A stretch of 32,000 bases of DNA from Horticoccus luteus (GCF_019464535.1 NZ_CP080507.1:4140001-4172000); one strand, 5' to 3'. Shown: positions 17,041-26,273, numbered from the stretch's first letter. Numbers and translations: made by a program. Notes: generated from the letters alone by a model not told the origin.

Positions 17041-18744
17041 TTACCGTCCCGGTGGGACTGGAGTGGGCATGGGAGCGGTCGCCGGCGCCCGGGCAGCGGT
17101 GCATCGTCGGGCGTCGAGCCCCGCGCGCTGCGCCTCGATGCAGTAGAAGGCTTCGTCGGAAAACTCCTCGCCCAGATAACGCCGCCACGCCTCAGTGCCG
17201 AAACCTTCGAGCATCACGGGCCAGCCGCTGCGCGTGTAGCGCCGGCCGAGGCGGTCGATGGCTTCACCGGAGAGCGGTGCGTCGTGCTCCTCGTCGCCGT
17301 GTTCGAGTGCGTTTTCCGGGTGCAACTCGGGAAAAAGCCAGAGCAGCGCATGCCAGCCGCGCAAAAACTCCGCAGCGGTCATCGCCCGCAGCGCCTTGCG
17401 GTCGGCCCGCGTCAACGGGTCGAGCCAAGTGATCGCTTCGGTCCGGTTGCTCGGCAGAGCAAAGGCAGGTGCGACGGCTAAGGAATGGTGCCCACGGGTG
17501 GGTCTTGCGGTGGGCGCGGCGATCTCTGGCGAGAGGAACGAGCGGATCGCCCGGCCGACGCCTTCGGCGATGAGTGGCGGAACGGCGTTGCCGATGACGC
17601 GGAAGGCGTGCGTGCGAGCCTCGGGAAAGACGAACCAGTCGGGGAAACTCTGCACGCGGGCGGCCTCGCGCGGGGTGAGCGAGCGGTTCTGCACCGGATG
17701 GATGAACATCAGGCCGTCCTTGCTCAGGTGCGCCACGATCGTGGAACACGGCTTGTTTCGGTGCTGGCGGGTGTAGCGGTCTTTGAAAGTCGTCTTGTCG
17801 TAGGGAAAATCGAACTCGACGCCGCGTCGCATGGCGGCGGCGGAGCTTTCGCCCTCGGCGAGTTTCAGAAAGTCGCCGAGATCGCGGGCGCTGTGCGGGC
17901 GGGCGACGTGGTTGTAGATCGCCGGGGAGGCACCGACTTCGGCGACGTGCGAGAGGTAGCGTTTCCGCCAGCGGTCGCGGGTGCCGCCGAGAAAGTGAAC
18001 CTGACGACGCTTCAGATCGTAGGGCGTTTCGTGTTCGCCGGCGCCGGCGGCGAGCACCGGCAGGTCGAGGATCGCGTCGCCCAGCATCGTCGCCAGCAGC
18101 GCGCGCGGCGCGGGCGCGAGCTCGGCGGGAAAATAACCGGGGAGATCGGCGCGGACGCCGACGATGAGCTGCCGGCGGCGTTTCTGCGGCACGCCGAGCG
18201 CGGTGCCGCGCTCGATCTGCGGATGGACACGGTAACCGGGCCGGCCGGAAGTTTTTCCGAGGCTGCGGGCCTCGTATTGGACGGCGGTGAAGTAGCGGCC
18301 GCCGGCGGCGGAGCGAAGACCGAGGACGTTTTCGATTACGAATACCTTCGGCTGGAAGTGCTCTACGTGGTCGAGAAAGTTGCGGAAAAGATGGCGGCGG
18401 GGGTCGTCCTTGAGACGCTTGTCGCCGTGATTGGAGCCGTCACGCTGTCGCGCGGTGCTGAAGCCTTGGCAGGGTGGACCGCCGACGATCACATCGACTT
18501 CCTTGGAGCCGATCATGGCTGCTAACGTGTCGGGTCGGAGCTGAGTGAGATCGGCATGCAACGCGAACGCCACCGGAGGCAAGCTGGTCGGAGACTTAGC
18601 CTGCAAATTTGTCCGCAGCGTGGCGATCGCCTGTTCGTTGAAATCGATAGCCGCGAGGCAATCGAAACCGGCACGCAACATCCCCAGCGTAAAGCCGCCG
18701 CAGCCGCTGAACAGGTCAATGAACGTGAGCGAAGCGCGGCTCAT
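17041..18744 (-). CDS. dcm: DNA (cytosine-5)-methyltransferase with ~160-aa C-terminal extension
   Basis: Motif I is FIDLFSGCGGFTLG, motif IV GGPPCQGFS, motif VI FVIENVLGL. QSFPDWFVF and motif X GNAVPPLIAEGV are also present. I use the start ATG 18744 (MSRASL...), which overlaps the upstream stop as ATGA. The track start 18762 is 6 codons further upstream. Target specificity cannot be read from the sequence. Confidence 0.9.
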   Translation of the reverse strand: MSRASLTFIDLFSGCGGFTLGMLRAGFDCLAAIDFNEQAIATLRTNLQAKSPTSLPPVAFALHADLTQLRPDTLAAMIGSKEVDVIVGGPPCQGFSTARQRDGSNHGDKRLKDDPRRHLFRNFLDHVEHFQPKVFVIENVLGLRSAAGGRYFTAVQYEARSLGKTSGRPGYRVHPQIERGTALGVPQKRRRQLIVGVRADLPGYFPAELAPAPRALLATMLGDAILDLPVLAAGAGEHETPYDLKRRQVHFLGGTRDRWRKRYLSHVAEVGASPAIYNHVARPHSARDLGDFLKLAEGESSAAAMRRGVEFDFPYDKTTFKDRYTRQHRNKPCSTIVAHLSKDGLMFIHPVQNRSLTPREAARVQSFPDWFVFPEARTHAFRVIGNAVPPLIAEGVGRAIRSFLSPEIAAPTARPTRGHHSLAVAPAFALPSNRTEAITWLDPLTRADRKALRAMTAAEFLRGWHALLWLFPELHPENALEHGDEEHDAPLSGEAIDRLGRRYTRSGWPVMLEGFGTEAWRRYLGEEFSDEAFYCIEAQRAGLDARRCTAARAPATAPMPTPVPPGR

Positions 18745-18971
18745 CGGTCGATCCCTTTGCATAGTTCTGACGCGGCCACGGCCAGTGCTCGTGCTAGCTT
18801 GGCTATACTGAGAATCGTCAGATTGCGCTCACCGCGCTCGATCCCGCTGATGTAGGTCTGGTCGAGACCGGCTTTCTCAGCCAATTCCTCCTGCGTCCAT
18901 TCTTTCGCCTCGCGGAGTTTCCGTACATTGGAACCGAAACGCTCCAATTCCCGCGCCTTGGTTTTCGCCAT
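18741..18971 (-). CDS. XRE-family helix-turn-helix protein, controller (C) protein-like
   Basis: The 76-aa product contains FGSNVRKLREAKEWTQEELAEKAGLDQTYISGIERGERNLTILSIAKLARAL, a canonical HTH_3/XRE domain. It is the first gene of the operon and is translationally coupled (ATGA) to the methyltransferase gene, as in C-protein-regulated R-M systems. Confidence 0.8.
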   Translation of the reverse strand: MAKTKARELERFGSNVRKLREAKEWTQEELAEKAGLDQTYISGIERGERNLTILSIAKLARALAVAASELCKGIDR

Positions 18972-19022
18972 CGAGCTATATTAACGGATTATGACCTAGA
19001 AGTTTACAGACGATGATACCTA
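18972..19022 (-). promoter_or_regulatory. AT-rich candidate promoter/operator upstream of the C gene
   Basis: The minus strand reads ...AATAGGTATCATCGTCTGTAAACTTCTAGGTCATAATCCGTTAATATAGCTCG-ATG. A TAATAT box ends 6 nt before the ATG, which would give a near-leaderless mRNA. Two direct copies of TAGGT(A)TCAT lie about 24 nt apart. I see no convincing -35 box. Confidence 0.3.
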
Positions 19023-19258
19023 TTCGGCCGCGAAAGCGCCGACGTTTTCCTGACGATCCCGCTGCTCGTCGCTGCGGAGCTTGAAAGATCGCCCATATCC
19101 GGTCGGTTATCCGCCGGCTCAAATCAGACGTTGGTGCCCCGCGGCAGCGATCATGCCGGCTAGGCGGGTTTTGAATCGCGCTTTATATTCCCCCGCTTCG
19201 CCGTGAGGAAACGGCGATCTCCATGAAATACGGACTTCAATGCCGGATTTTCATGGAA

Positions 19259-19269
19259 GTCGCTTTTGC
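19259..19269 (+). repeat. right copy of 11-nt direct repeat GTCGCTTTTGC (candidate island junction)
   Basis: Exact match to 7949..7959 in the same orientation. It lies in the 393-nt non-coding gap between the C gene and the gltD stop, right after the inverted repeat CCATGAAA...TTTCATGG (19221..19255). Confidence 0.3.
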
Positions 19270-19364
19270 AAAACTACCCGCCGGAATCGAGCGGCTTACA
19301 ATGCAGGGCGACTCCCGCACTGTTCGTGGAGCCCGCCCAAATCACTCGTAGCAATGCCTTCTTC

Positions 19365-20849
19365 TTACGGCAGATCCGTGTAGCCCATCAGGTAGCGGTC
19401 GCACTCGCGGGCGGCGCCGCGGCCTTCGTTGATCGCCCACACCACCAAGCTCTGTCCGCGCCGGCAGTCGCCCGCTGCAAACACGCCTTTAATGCTCGTC
19501 GTATATTTTTCGTGCTCGGCTTTGATGTTGGAGCGCGGGTCGGTCTCGACGCCGATTTCCTTCAACAACGCCTGCTCCGGCCCGAGAAAGCCCATCGCGA
19601 GCAGCACGAGTTGCGCGGGGCGCGTCTGCTCCGTGCCGGGCTGCTCTTTCGGGATGAACTGCCCTTTCTCGTTTTTCTCCCACTTGATTTCAACCGTCAC
19701 GAGCTCCTTCACGTGGCCCTGCTCGTCGCCGACGAATTTCTTCACCGTAGTCAGATACACGCGCGGATCGGCGCCGAATTTCGCCGCCGCCTCTTCCTGG
19801 CCGTAATCCATTTTGTAAACCTTCGGCCACTCCGGCCACGGGTTATCCGCCGCGCGCTCCGTCGGCGGCTTCGGGAGAATTTCGATCTGCACGAGGCTCT
19901 TGCAGCCGTGCCGCATCGAGGTGCCCACGCAATCCGTGCCCGTATCGCCGCCGCCGATGACGACGACGTCTTTTTTCTGCGCGCTGATGAGCGCGTGCTC
20001 CGCGCCGCCGTCGAGGACGGCTTTGGTGTTCGCCCCGAGAAACTCCATCGCGAAGTACACGCCTTTGAGCTGGCGGCCTTCGATCGGAAGGTCGCGCGGC
20101 TGCGTGGCGCCGGTGCAGATGACCGTCGCGTCGTATTCCTTGAGAAAGATCTGCGGCTCGACGTTGTCGCCGACGTTGGCGTTGCAGATGAATTTAATGC
20201 CTTCCTGCTCCATCTGTTTGATGCGGCGCAGGACCACTTCCTTTTTGTCGAGCTTCATGTTCGGGATGCCATACATCAGCAACCCGCCCGGCCGGTCGGC
20301 GCGTTCGAACACCGTGACGCTGTGGCCGGCTTTGTTGAGCTGCGCGGCGCAGGAGAGACCCGCCGGGCCGGAACCGATCACGGCGACTTTTTTGCCCGTG
20401 CGCACCGCCGGCGGCTCGGGCACGACCCAGCCTTCCTCCCACCCGCGATCGATGATCGCCGCCTCGATGTTCTTGATCGTGACGGGCGGGTTGTTGAGGC
20501 CGAGCACACAGGAACCTTCGCACGGGGCGGGACAGACGCGGCCGGTGAAATCCGGGAAGTTGTTCGTCTTGTGCAACCGGTCGAGCGCCTCGTGCCACAG
20601 GCCGCGATAAACGAGGTCGTTCCACTCGGGGATGAGGTTGTTGATGGGGCAGCCACTGGCCATGCCGCTGATCAACTTGCCGGTGTGACAGAACGGGATG
20701 CCGCAATCCATGCAGCGCGCGCCCTGCTGCCGGAGTTTCTTTTCCTCCATGTGGTGGTGAAACTCTTTCCAGTCCTTCACGCGCTCGGTCGGCGTGCGGT
20801 CGACGGGAAGCTCGCGGAGATATTCGATGAAGCCGGTTGGTTTGCCCAT
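19365..20849 (-). CDS. gltD: glutamate synthase (NADPH) small subunit
   Basis: The 494-aa product reads [13 protein letters not shown]...[16 protein letters not shown]...[15 protein letters not shown]...[18 protein letters not shown], with the GltD Fe-S and FAD/NAD motifs. It lies directly downstream of gltB. Confidence 0.95.
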   Translation of the reverse strand: MGKPTGFIEYLRELPVDRTPTERVKDWKEFHHHMEEKKLRQQGARCMDCGIPFCHTGKLISGMASGCPINNLIPEWNDLVYRGLWHEALDRLHKTNNFPDFTGRVCPAPCEGSCVLGLNNPPVTIKNIEAAIIDRGWEEGWVVPEPPAVRTGKKVAVIGSGPAGLSCAAQLNKAGHSVTVFERADRPGGLLMYGIPNMKLDKKEVVLRRIKQMEQEGIKFICNANVGDNVEPQIFLKEYDATVICTGATQPRDLPIEGRQLKGVYFAMEFLGANTKAVLDGGAEHALISAQKKDVVVIGGGDTGTDCVGTSMRHGCKSLVQIEILPKPPTERAADNPWPEWPKVYKMDYGQEEAAAKFGADPRVYLTTVKKFVGDEQGHVKELVTVEIKWEKNEKGQFIPKEQPGTEQTRPAQLVLLAMGFLGPEQALLKEIGVETDPRSNIKAEHEKYTTSIKGVFAAGDCRRGQSLVVWAINEGRGAARECDRYLMGYTDLP

Positions 20850-20967
20850 GGAGAAGAAAGTTAAACTAGCGAGTGGCGGGTGATGGGTGACGAGGAGGAA
20901 GGCCGGTGAACGTGCGGTGGTGGGGAAATGCCCGCGGCTCGCGACTCTCTCCTCGTTACAGTGGTTT

Positions 20968-23900
20968 TTAATTTCCCCCGACGCGTGACGTGTCGCGGGC
21001 GTTTTCCTCGAAGGCCGCCATGATGGCTTCGTCGCCGGTGAGGCCTTGGTCCTGCGCGCGCTCGATGCAGGCGAGCATGCGCTTGTAATCCTTCGGCAGC
21101 ACTTTGACGAATTTCGGAGCGAACTCCGCCCAGCGATCGAGCACGAGGCGCGCGCGGTCGCTCTGCGTGTAATCGAAGTGTCTTTGAATCATCGCGCGGA
21201 CGGCGGAGAGCTCCTTCGCGGTCTCGAGCTTTTCGACTTCGACCATCTGCGTGTTGACGCGGGCGGCGAAGTCGCCGGTCTCGTCGAGCACGTAGCCGAT
21301 GCCGCCGGACATGCCGGCGCCAAAGTTGCGTCCGGCGCGACCGAGCACGACGACGTAGCCGCCGGTCATGTATTCGCAGCCGTTGTCGCCAATGGCCTCG
21401 ACGACGGCCGTGACGCCGGAGTTGCGCACCGCGAAGCGTTCGCCCGCCATGCCGCGGATGTAAACCTCACCGGCGGTCGCGCCGTAGAGCGCCACGTTGC
21501 CGATGATCATGTTTTCGCCCGCCTTGAACGGCGCCTTCGCCGAGGGATAGATGATGAGTTTTCCGCCCGAGAGGCCCTTGCCGAAGTAGTCGTTCGCATC
21601 GCCCTCGATGGAGAGCGTCATACCGCGCGTCACAAACGCGCCGAAGCTCTGGCCGGCGGAGCCGGTGAACTTCAACTTGATCGTGTCCTCCGGCAGACCC
21701 TGGGCGCCGTGGCGCTTCGTGACTTCGCCCGACGTGATCGTGCCCACGACGCGGTTGACGTTGCGAATCGGCAGCTCGGCGATGACTTTCTCGCCGCGCT
21801 CGATGGCCGGTGCGCACAGCTCGAGCAGAGTCGTGACATCGAGCGAGCGCTCGATGCCGTGATCCTGCTTCGTCGAGCAATACCGGCCGACCTCGGCCCC
21901 CACGTCGGGTTGATAAAGGATGTTCGAGAAATCGAGGCCCTTTGCCTTCCAGTGATCGACGGCCTTTTTCGACTCCAGCCGGTCGGTGCGACCGACCATT
22001 TCCTCAATGGTGCGGAAGCCGAGCTGCGCCATGATTTCGCGGAGATCTTCTGCGATGAAACGCATGAAGTTCACCACGTGCTCCGGCTGGCCGGTGAACT
22101 TGGCCCGCAACTGCGGATCCTGCGTCGCGACGCCGGTCGGACAGGTGTTGAGATGGCAGACACGCATCATGATGCAGCCGCTGGCGACGAGCGGACCGGT
22201 CGCAAAACCAAACTCCTCCGCGCCGAGCAACGCCGCGATCGCCACGTCACGCCCGGTCTTGAGCTGGCCGTCGGTCTCGACCGCGATGCGCGAACGCAGA
22301 TTGTTAAGCACGAGCGTCTGGTGCGTCTCGGCGAGGCCGAGCTCCCACGGCAGACCCGCGTGTTGCAGGGACGTTTGCGGCGAGGCCCCGGTGCCACCGT
22401 CGTAGCCGGAGACGAGCACCACGTCGGCGTGGGCTTTCGCGACGCCCGCGGCGATCGTACCCACGCCCACTTCCGAGACGAGTTTCACGCTGATGCGCGC
22501 GTCCTTGTTGCCGTTCTTGAGGTCGTGAATCAACTCGGCGAGATCCTCGATCGAGTAGATGTCGTGGTGCGGCGGCGGCGAGATGAGACCCACGCCCGCG
22601 GTGGTGCCGCGGGTCTTCGCGACCCACGGATAAACCTTCGAACCGGGCAACTGCCCGCCTTCGCCCGGCTTCGCGCCCTGCGCCATCTTGATCTGCAACT
22701 CACGCGCCTTCACCAGATATTCGCTGGTGACGCCGAAGCGGCCCGATGCGACCTGCTTGATCGCGGAATTCTTCGAATCGCCGAGTTCGTTGGTCCACGT
22801 GTAACGCGCGGGATCCTCGCCGCCTTCGCCGGTGTTGGATTTGCCGCCGATGCGGTTCATCGCGATCGCGAGCGTCTCGTGCGCCTCCTGCGAAATGGAG
22901 CCGTAGGACATCGCGCCGGTTTTGAAACGCTTCATGATCGCTTCGACCGGCTCGACCTCCTCGAGCGGCACGGGCGTGCTGTCATCCTTGAAGTGGAGCA
23001 ATGAACGCAGTGTGCACAACGCGCGCGACTGGTCGTTGATCAGCTTCGCGTAGGCCTGGTAGGTCTTTTTGTTGTTCGTGCGCACCGCCTTTTGCAGCGC
23101 ATGCACGGACTCGGGCGTGAACAAATGCGCCTCGCCGTTGGCGCGCCATTGGTAGAGGCCGCCGGCGGGCAGCACATGGCCGTCGACCGGCCGCTCCGGA
23201 TAAGCCGCCCGGTGGCGGAGCAACACTTCCTGCGCGATCACATCGAGGCCGATGCCGCCGATGCGTGAAGGTGTCCACGTGAAGTAGTGGTCGATCACGT
23301 CCTGCCGCAGGCCGAGCGCTTCGAAAACTTGCGCGCCGCGATACGACTGGATGGCGGAAATGCCCATCTTGGACATGACTTTGATCACGCCCTTGGTGGC
23401 CGCCTTCACGAAATTCTGGCAGGCCTTCTTGTGATCGATGCCGGTCAGCAATCCCTCGCGAATCATGTCGTCCATCGTCTCGAACGCCACGTAAGGATTG
23501 ATCGCCGAGGCGCCGTAACCGATGAGCAGGGCGAAGTGGTGCACCTCGCGCGCTTCGCCGGTTTCGAGCACAATCGACACCCGTGTGCGCAAGCCTTCCC
23601 GGATGAGGAAATGGTGCAGGCCGCCGATCGCGAGCAGCGCGGGAATCGGGGCAAAGTCCTTCGTCACCCCGCGATCGCTGAGCACGAGCACATTCATCTC
23701 GTCCTCCTCGATCATGCGACGCGCCATGATCGAGAGTTCTTCCATCGACTTCGCGAGGCCCTTCTCGCCGCGCGACACGCGGAACAGCGCGGACAGCACG
23801 CCCACGCGCAAGCCCGGGAGGTTGGTGCGGCGGATTTTCGCGAACTCCTCGTTCGTCAAGATCGGCCACTTCAACTCCACCCGGCGGCACGCGGTGGGTT

Positions 23901-25635
23901 GCGGGTTGAGCAGGTTGCCTTCCGAGCCGAGTCGCGTCTCGGCGGAGATGACGATTTCCTCGCGAATCGAATCGATCGGCGGGTTCGTGACCTGGGCGAA
24001 AAGCTGCTTGAAATAGTCGTAGAGCAGACGCGGCTTGTTCGACAGCACGGCCAGCGCGCCGTCGTTGCCCATCGAACCGATGGCCTCGACGCCATTCTTC
24101 GCCATCGGCGTGATGACGATGCGCTCGTCTTCAAACGTGTAGCCGAACGCGATCTGGCGTTGCAGCAGCGTCTCGTGATTCGGCGGCTCCACCTTCGGCG
24201 CCTCCGGCAAATCGTTGAGATGCACGAGATGTTGCTTGATCCACTCGCGATACGGGTGGGCGCGGCAGATCTCGCGCTTGATCTCTTCGTCCTCGATGAT
24301 GCGCCCCTGGTCGGTGTCGATGAGGAACATCCGGCCCGGTTGCAGCCGGCCTTTTTGCACGACCTGATCGGCCGGAATATCCAGCACGCCGGCCTCCGAC
24401 GCCATGATCACCCGGCCGTCCTTCGTCACGTAATAGCGCGACGGGCGCAGGCCGTTGCGATCGAGAATGGCTCCGATCTGCCGGCCGTCGGTGAACGCGA
24501 TCGACGCCGGGCCATCCCACGGCTCCATCAGGCAGGAGTGGTATTGATAGAATGCGCGGACATCCGGATCCATCGACTCATTCGCCGACCACGGCTCCGG
24601 CACCATCATCATCATCGCATGCGCGAGCGGACGGCCCGCGAGCACGAGCAGCTCGAGGGTGTTGTCGAACATCGACGAATCGGAACCGTTCGGGTTGATG
24701 ATCGGCAGGATCTTCTCGATGTCCTCGCCGAACAGCGCGTTTTCGAACAACGCCTGCCGGGCGTGCATCCAATTGATGTTGCCGCGCAGCGTGTTGATTT
24801 CCCCGTTGTGCGCGACGTAGCGATACGGATGCGCCCGCTCCCAACTCGGAAACGTATTGGTCGAAAACCGGGAGTGCACGATCGCCAGCGCCGTCTCCAT
24901 CGCCGGGTGCTTCAGATCGGGATAATAGTTATCCAGCTGATCGGTGGTCAGCATGCCTTTGTAGACGATCGTCTTCATCGACAGGCTCGCCACATACCAA
25001 TACTCGGCGCCCGCGAGCGTCGAAGCGCGGATCGCCGAGTAGCCGCGCTTGCGCACGACGTAGAGCTTCCGTTCAAACGCCAGATCGTCCGCGATGTCGG
25101 GCCCGCGGCCGATGAATGCCTGCCGCATGAACGGCTCGCACGACATCGCCGAATCGCCCAACGAAGCACTGTTCGTCGGCACCGACCGCCAGCCGAGAAA
25201 CACGAGGCCTTCCGCCTGCACGAGCTGTTCAAACCGCTCCTCGATCTTGCGGCGCACCGTCGGATTGCGCGGCAGATAGATCAACCCCACGCCGTATTGC
25301 CCCGCTTCCGGCAGGGTGATCCGCGAAGCCTTGCAGACCTCGACAAAAAACGTGTGCGGCATCTGCAGCAGCACGCCCGCACCATCGCCCGTGTTGGTCT
25401 CGGCGCCACTGGCGCCGCGGTGATCGAGGTTGCGCAACACCTGCAACGCATCGGCGAGGATCTGGTGCGACTTGCGCCCGTGCATGTCGACGACGAACCC
25501 CACGCCGCACGCGTCGTGTTCGAACGCGGGGTCGTAGAGCCCCTGTTTGGCAGGCAAACCAGGAGAACGTCGCGGGGCGGCGGAGGCAGAGAGAAGTTCG
25601 CGACGACGTTGGTGGGCGGTTTGCTCAGTATTCAC
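20968..25635 (-). CDS. gltB: glutamate synthase large subunit
   Basis: The 1555-aa product has [18 protein letters not shown] (the Cys1 amidotransferase N-terminus after a propeptide). The FMN/Fe-S domain (GEGGEDP...) and the C-terminal GXGXG beta-helix domain are conserved. This is the only in-frame ATG upstream of the conserved Cys. Confidence 0.95.
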   Translation of the reverse strand: MNTEQTAHQRRRELLSASAAPRRSPGLPAKQGLYDPAFEHDACGVGFVVDMHGRKSHQILADALQVLRNLDHRGASGAETNTGDGAGVLLQMPHTFFVEVCKASRITLPEAGQYGVGLIYLPRNPTVRRKIEERFEQLVQAEGLVFLGWRSVPTNSASLGDSAMSCEPFMRQAFIGRGPDIADDLAFERKLYVVRKRGYSAIRASTLAGAEYWYVASLSMKTIVYKGMLTTDQLDNYYPDLKHPAMETALAIVHSRFSTNTFPSWERAHPYRYVAHNGEINTLRGNINWMHARQALFENALFGEDIEKILPIINPNGSDSSMFDNTLELLVLAGRPLAHAMMMMVPEPWSANESMDPDVRAFYQYHSCLMEPWDGPASIAFTDGRQIGAILDRNGLRPSRYYVTKDGRVIMASEAGVLDIPADQVVQKGRLQPGRMFLIDTDQGRIIEDEEIKREICRAHPYREWIKQHLVHLNDLPEAPKVEPPNHETLLQRQIAFGYTFEDERIVITPMAKNGVEAIGSMGNDGALAVLSNKPRLLYDYFKQLFAQVTNPPIDSIREEIVISAETRLGSEGNLLNPQPTACRRVELKWPILTNEEFAKIRRTNLPGLRVGVLSALFRVSRGEKGLAKSMEELSIMARRMIEEDEMNVLVLSDRGVTKDFAPIPALLAIGGLHHFLIREGLRTRVSIVLETGEAREVHHFALLIGYGASAINPYVAFETMDDMIREGLLTGIDHKKACQNFVKAATKGVIKVMSKMGISAIQSYRGAQVFEALGLRQDVIDHYFTWTPSRIGGIGLDVIAQEVLLRHRAAYPERPVDGHVLPAGGLYQWRANGEAHLFTPESVHALQKAVRTNNKKTYQAYAKLINDQSRALCTLRSLLHFKDDSTPVPLEEVEPVEAIMKRFKTGAMSYGSISQEAHETLAIAMNRIGGKSNTGEGGEDPARYTWTNELGDSKNSAIKQVASGRFGVTSEYLVKARELQIKMAQGAKPGEGGQLPGSKVYPWVAKTRGTTAGVGLISPPPHHDIYSIEDLAELIHDLKNGNKDARISVKLVSEVGVGTIAAGVAKAHADVVLVSGYDGGTGASPQTSLQHAGLPWELGLAETHQTLVLNNLRSRIAVETDGQLKTGRDVAIAALLGAEEFGFATGPLVASGCIMMRVCHLNTCPTGVATQDPQLRAKFTGQPEHVVNFMRFIAEDLREIMAQLGFRTIEEMVGRTDRLESKKAVDHWKAKGLDFSNILYQPDVGAEVGRYCSTKQDHGIERSLDVTTLLELCAPAIERGEKVIAELPIRNVNRVVGTITSGEVTKRHGAQGLPEDTIKLKFTGSAGQSFGAFVTRGMTLSIEGDANDYFGKGLSGGKLIIYPSAKAPFKAGENMIIGNVALYGATAGEVYIRGMAGERFAVRNSGVTAVVEAIGDNGCEYMTGGYVVVLGRAGRNFGAGMSGGIGYVLDETGDFAARVNTQMVEVEKLETAKELSAVRAMIQRHFDYTQSDRARLVLDRWAEFAPKFVKVLPKDYKRMLACIERAQDQGLTGDEAIMAAFEENARDTSRVGGN

Positions 25636-25676
25636 AGGATATGGGAAAGTGGTGGCGAAAGTCGGGGCGCGGAGCC

Positions 25677-25712
25677 AAAAAAAGGGCCGTCTCGGTTCAG
25701 CGAGAGCGGCCC
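25677..25712 (-). terminator. Rho-independent terminator after the glutaredoxin-like gene
   Basis: The minus-strand RNA would be GGGCCGCUCUCG-CUGAAC-CGAGACGGCCC followed by UUUUUUU. That is 11 bp with one bulge, a 6-nt loop and a U7 tract (plus-strand A7 at 25677..25683). It begins 31 nt after the TAA at 25744. Confidence 0.7.
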
Positions 25713-25743
25713 AGGAAGTTAATTCGGCAAGCTCTCAGCTCGG

Positions 25744-26079
25744 TTAGAAAAAGCGGATCGTTTTAGTGGCCATCCTCGCGTGCTCATCATCGGAACAAGC
25801 CGCATTGGTGGGAGCGTCGGCCGGGGCTTCGGTCGGTTTGACGAGTTCGTTGCTCAAAAGGTAGTTCTCCACCTCTTCGCCCGACACATCCGCCAGCATC
25901 ACGCCGTCGACTTCCACGCAGGGCGAGAGCGGCTGGCCGGACTTTTGCACCATCTCCGCGTAGTTCGCGCGATCATTGATGATGTCGATGTCCTCGAAGC
26001 CGAGATTGTATTTGCGCATGATGGCGCGCACGCCGTTGGACCAGCCACAGTGCGGCTTGAGATAGGCTTTGATCTTCAT
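25744..26079 (-). CDS. glutaredoxin/thioredoxin-fold family protein
   Basis: The 111-aa product MKIKAYLKPHCGWSNGVRAIMRKYNLGFEDIDIIND...GQPLSPCVEVDGVMLADVSG has a glutaredoxin-like beta-alpha-beta start, a CGWS (CxxS) motif and the cis-Pro region. A low-complexity C-terminal tail follows. Confidence 0.7.
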   Translation of the reverse strand: MKIKAYLKPHCGWSNGVRAIMRKYNLGFEDIDIINDRANYAEMVQKSGQPLSPCVEVDGVMLADVSGEEVENYLLSNELVKPTEAPADAPTNAACSDDEHARMATKTIRFF

Positions 26080-26273
26080 TCGGGAAAGGTGTGGCGGAGC
26101 AAAATCGGCGCAAGGTATAAGGCCCGTTTTCCCTCCCGCAAGAGGAACTTTGCCAAATTATGTCCTAAGCCCCGCCGCACGCGCGACCCGCTCGCCGGAC
26201 CCGCGGTCAATCGTGACTTCGCCATGGCAGCGACCCGCCGGCGATTTCACCGCCTCGCCGGAGGCACGCTCCG

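Noticed and set aside
19300-19364. Terminator for gltD (imperfect hairpin GGGCGACTCC...GGAGCCCGCCC)
   Set aside because: The stem has an internal mismatch loop and a 12-nt loop. No U-tract follows on the gene strand. This is not convincing as an intrinsic terminator.
25636-25680. Sigma-54 promoter upstream of gltB
   Set aside because: The minus strand has TGGCTC, but the spacing-correct -12 element (TTGC) is missing. It reads CCCG at that position.
19266-25722. Long plus-strand ORFs 19266..20864, 21046..23004 and 23287..25722
   Set aside because: All are antisense to gltD or gltB and R/H/D/A-rich, with no motifs. The same reasoning applies to 5189..6199, 6380..7387, 10183..11913, 12476..13678, 16107..16694 and 17485..18525.
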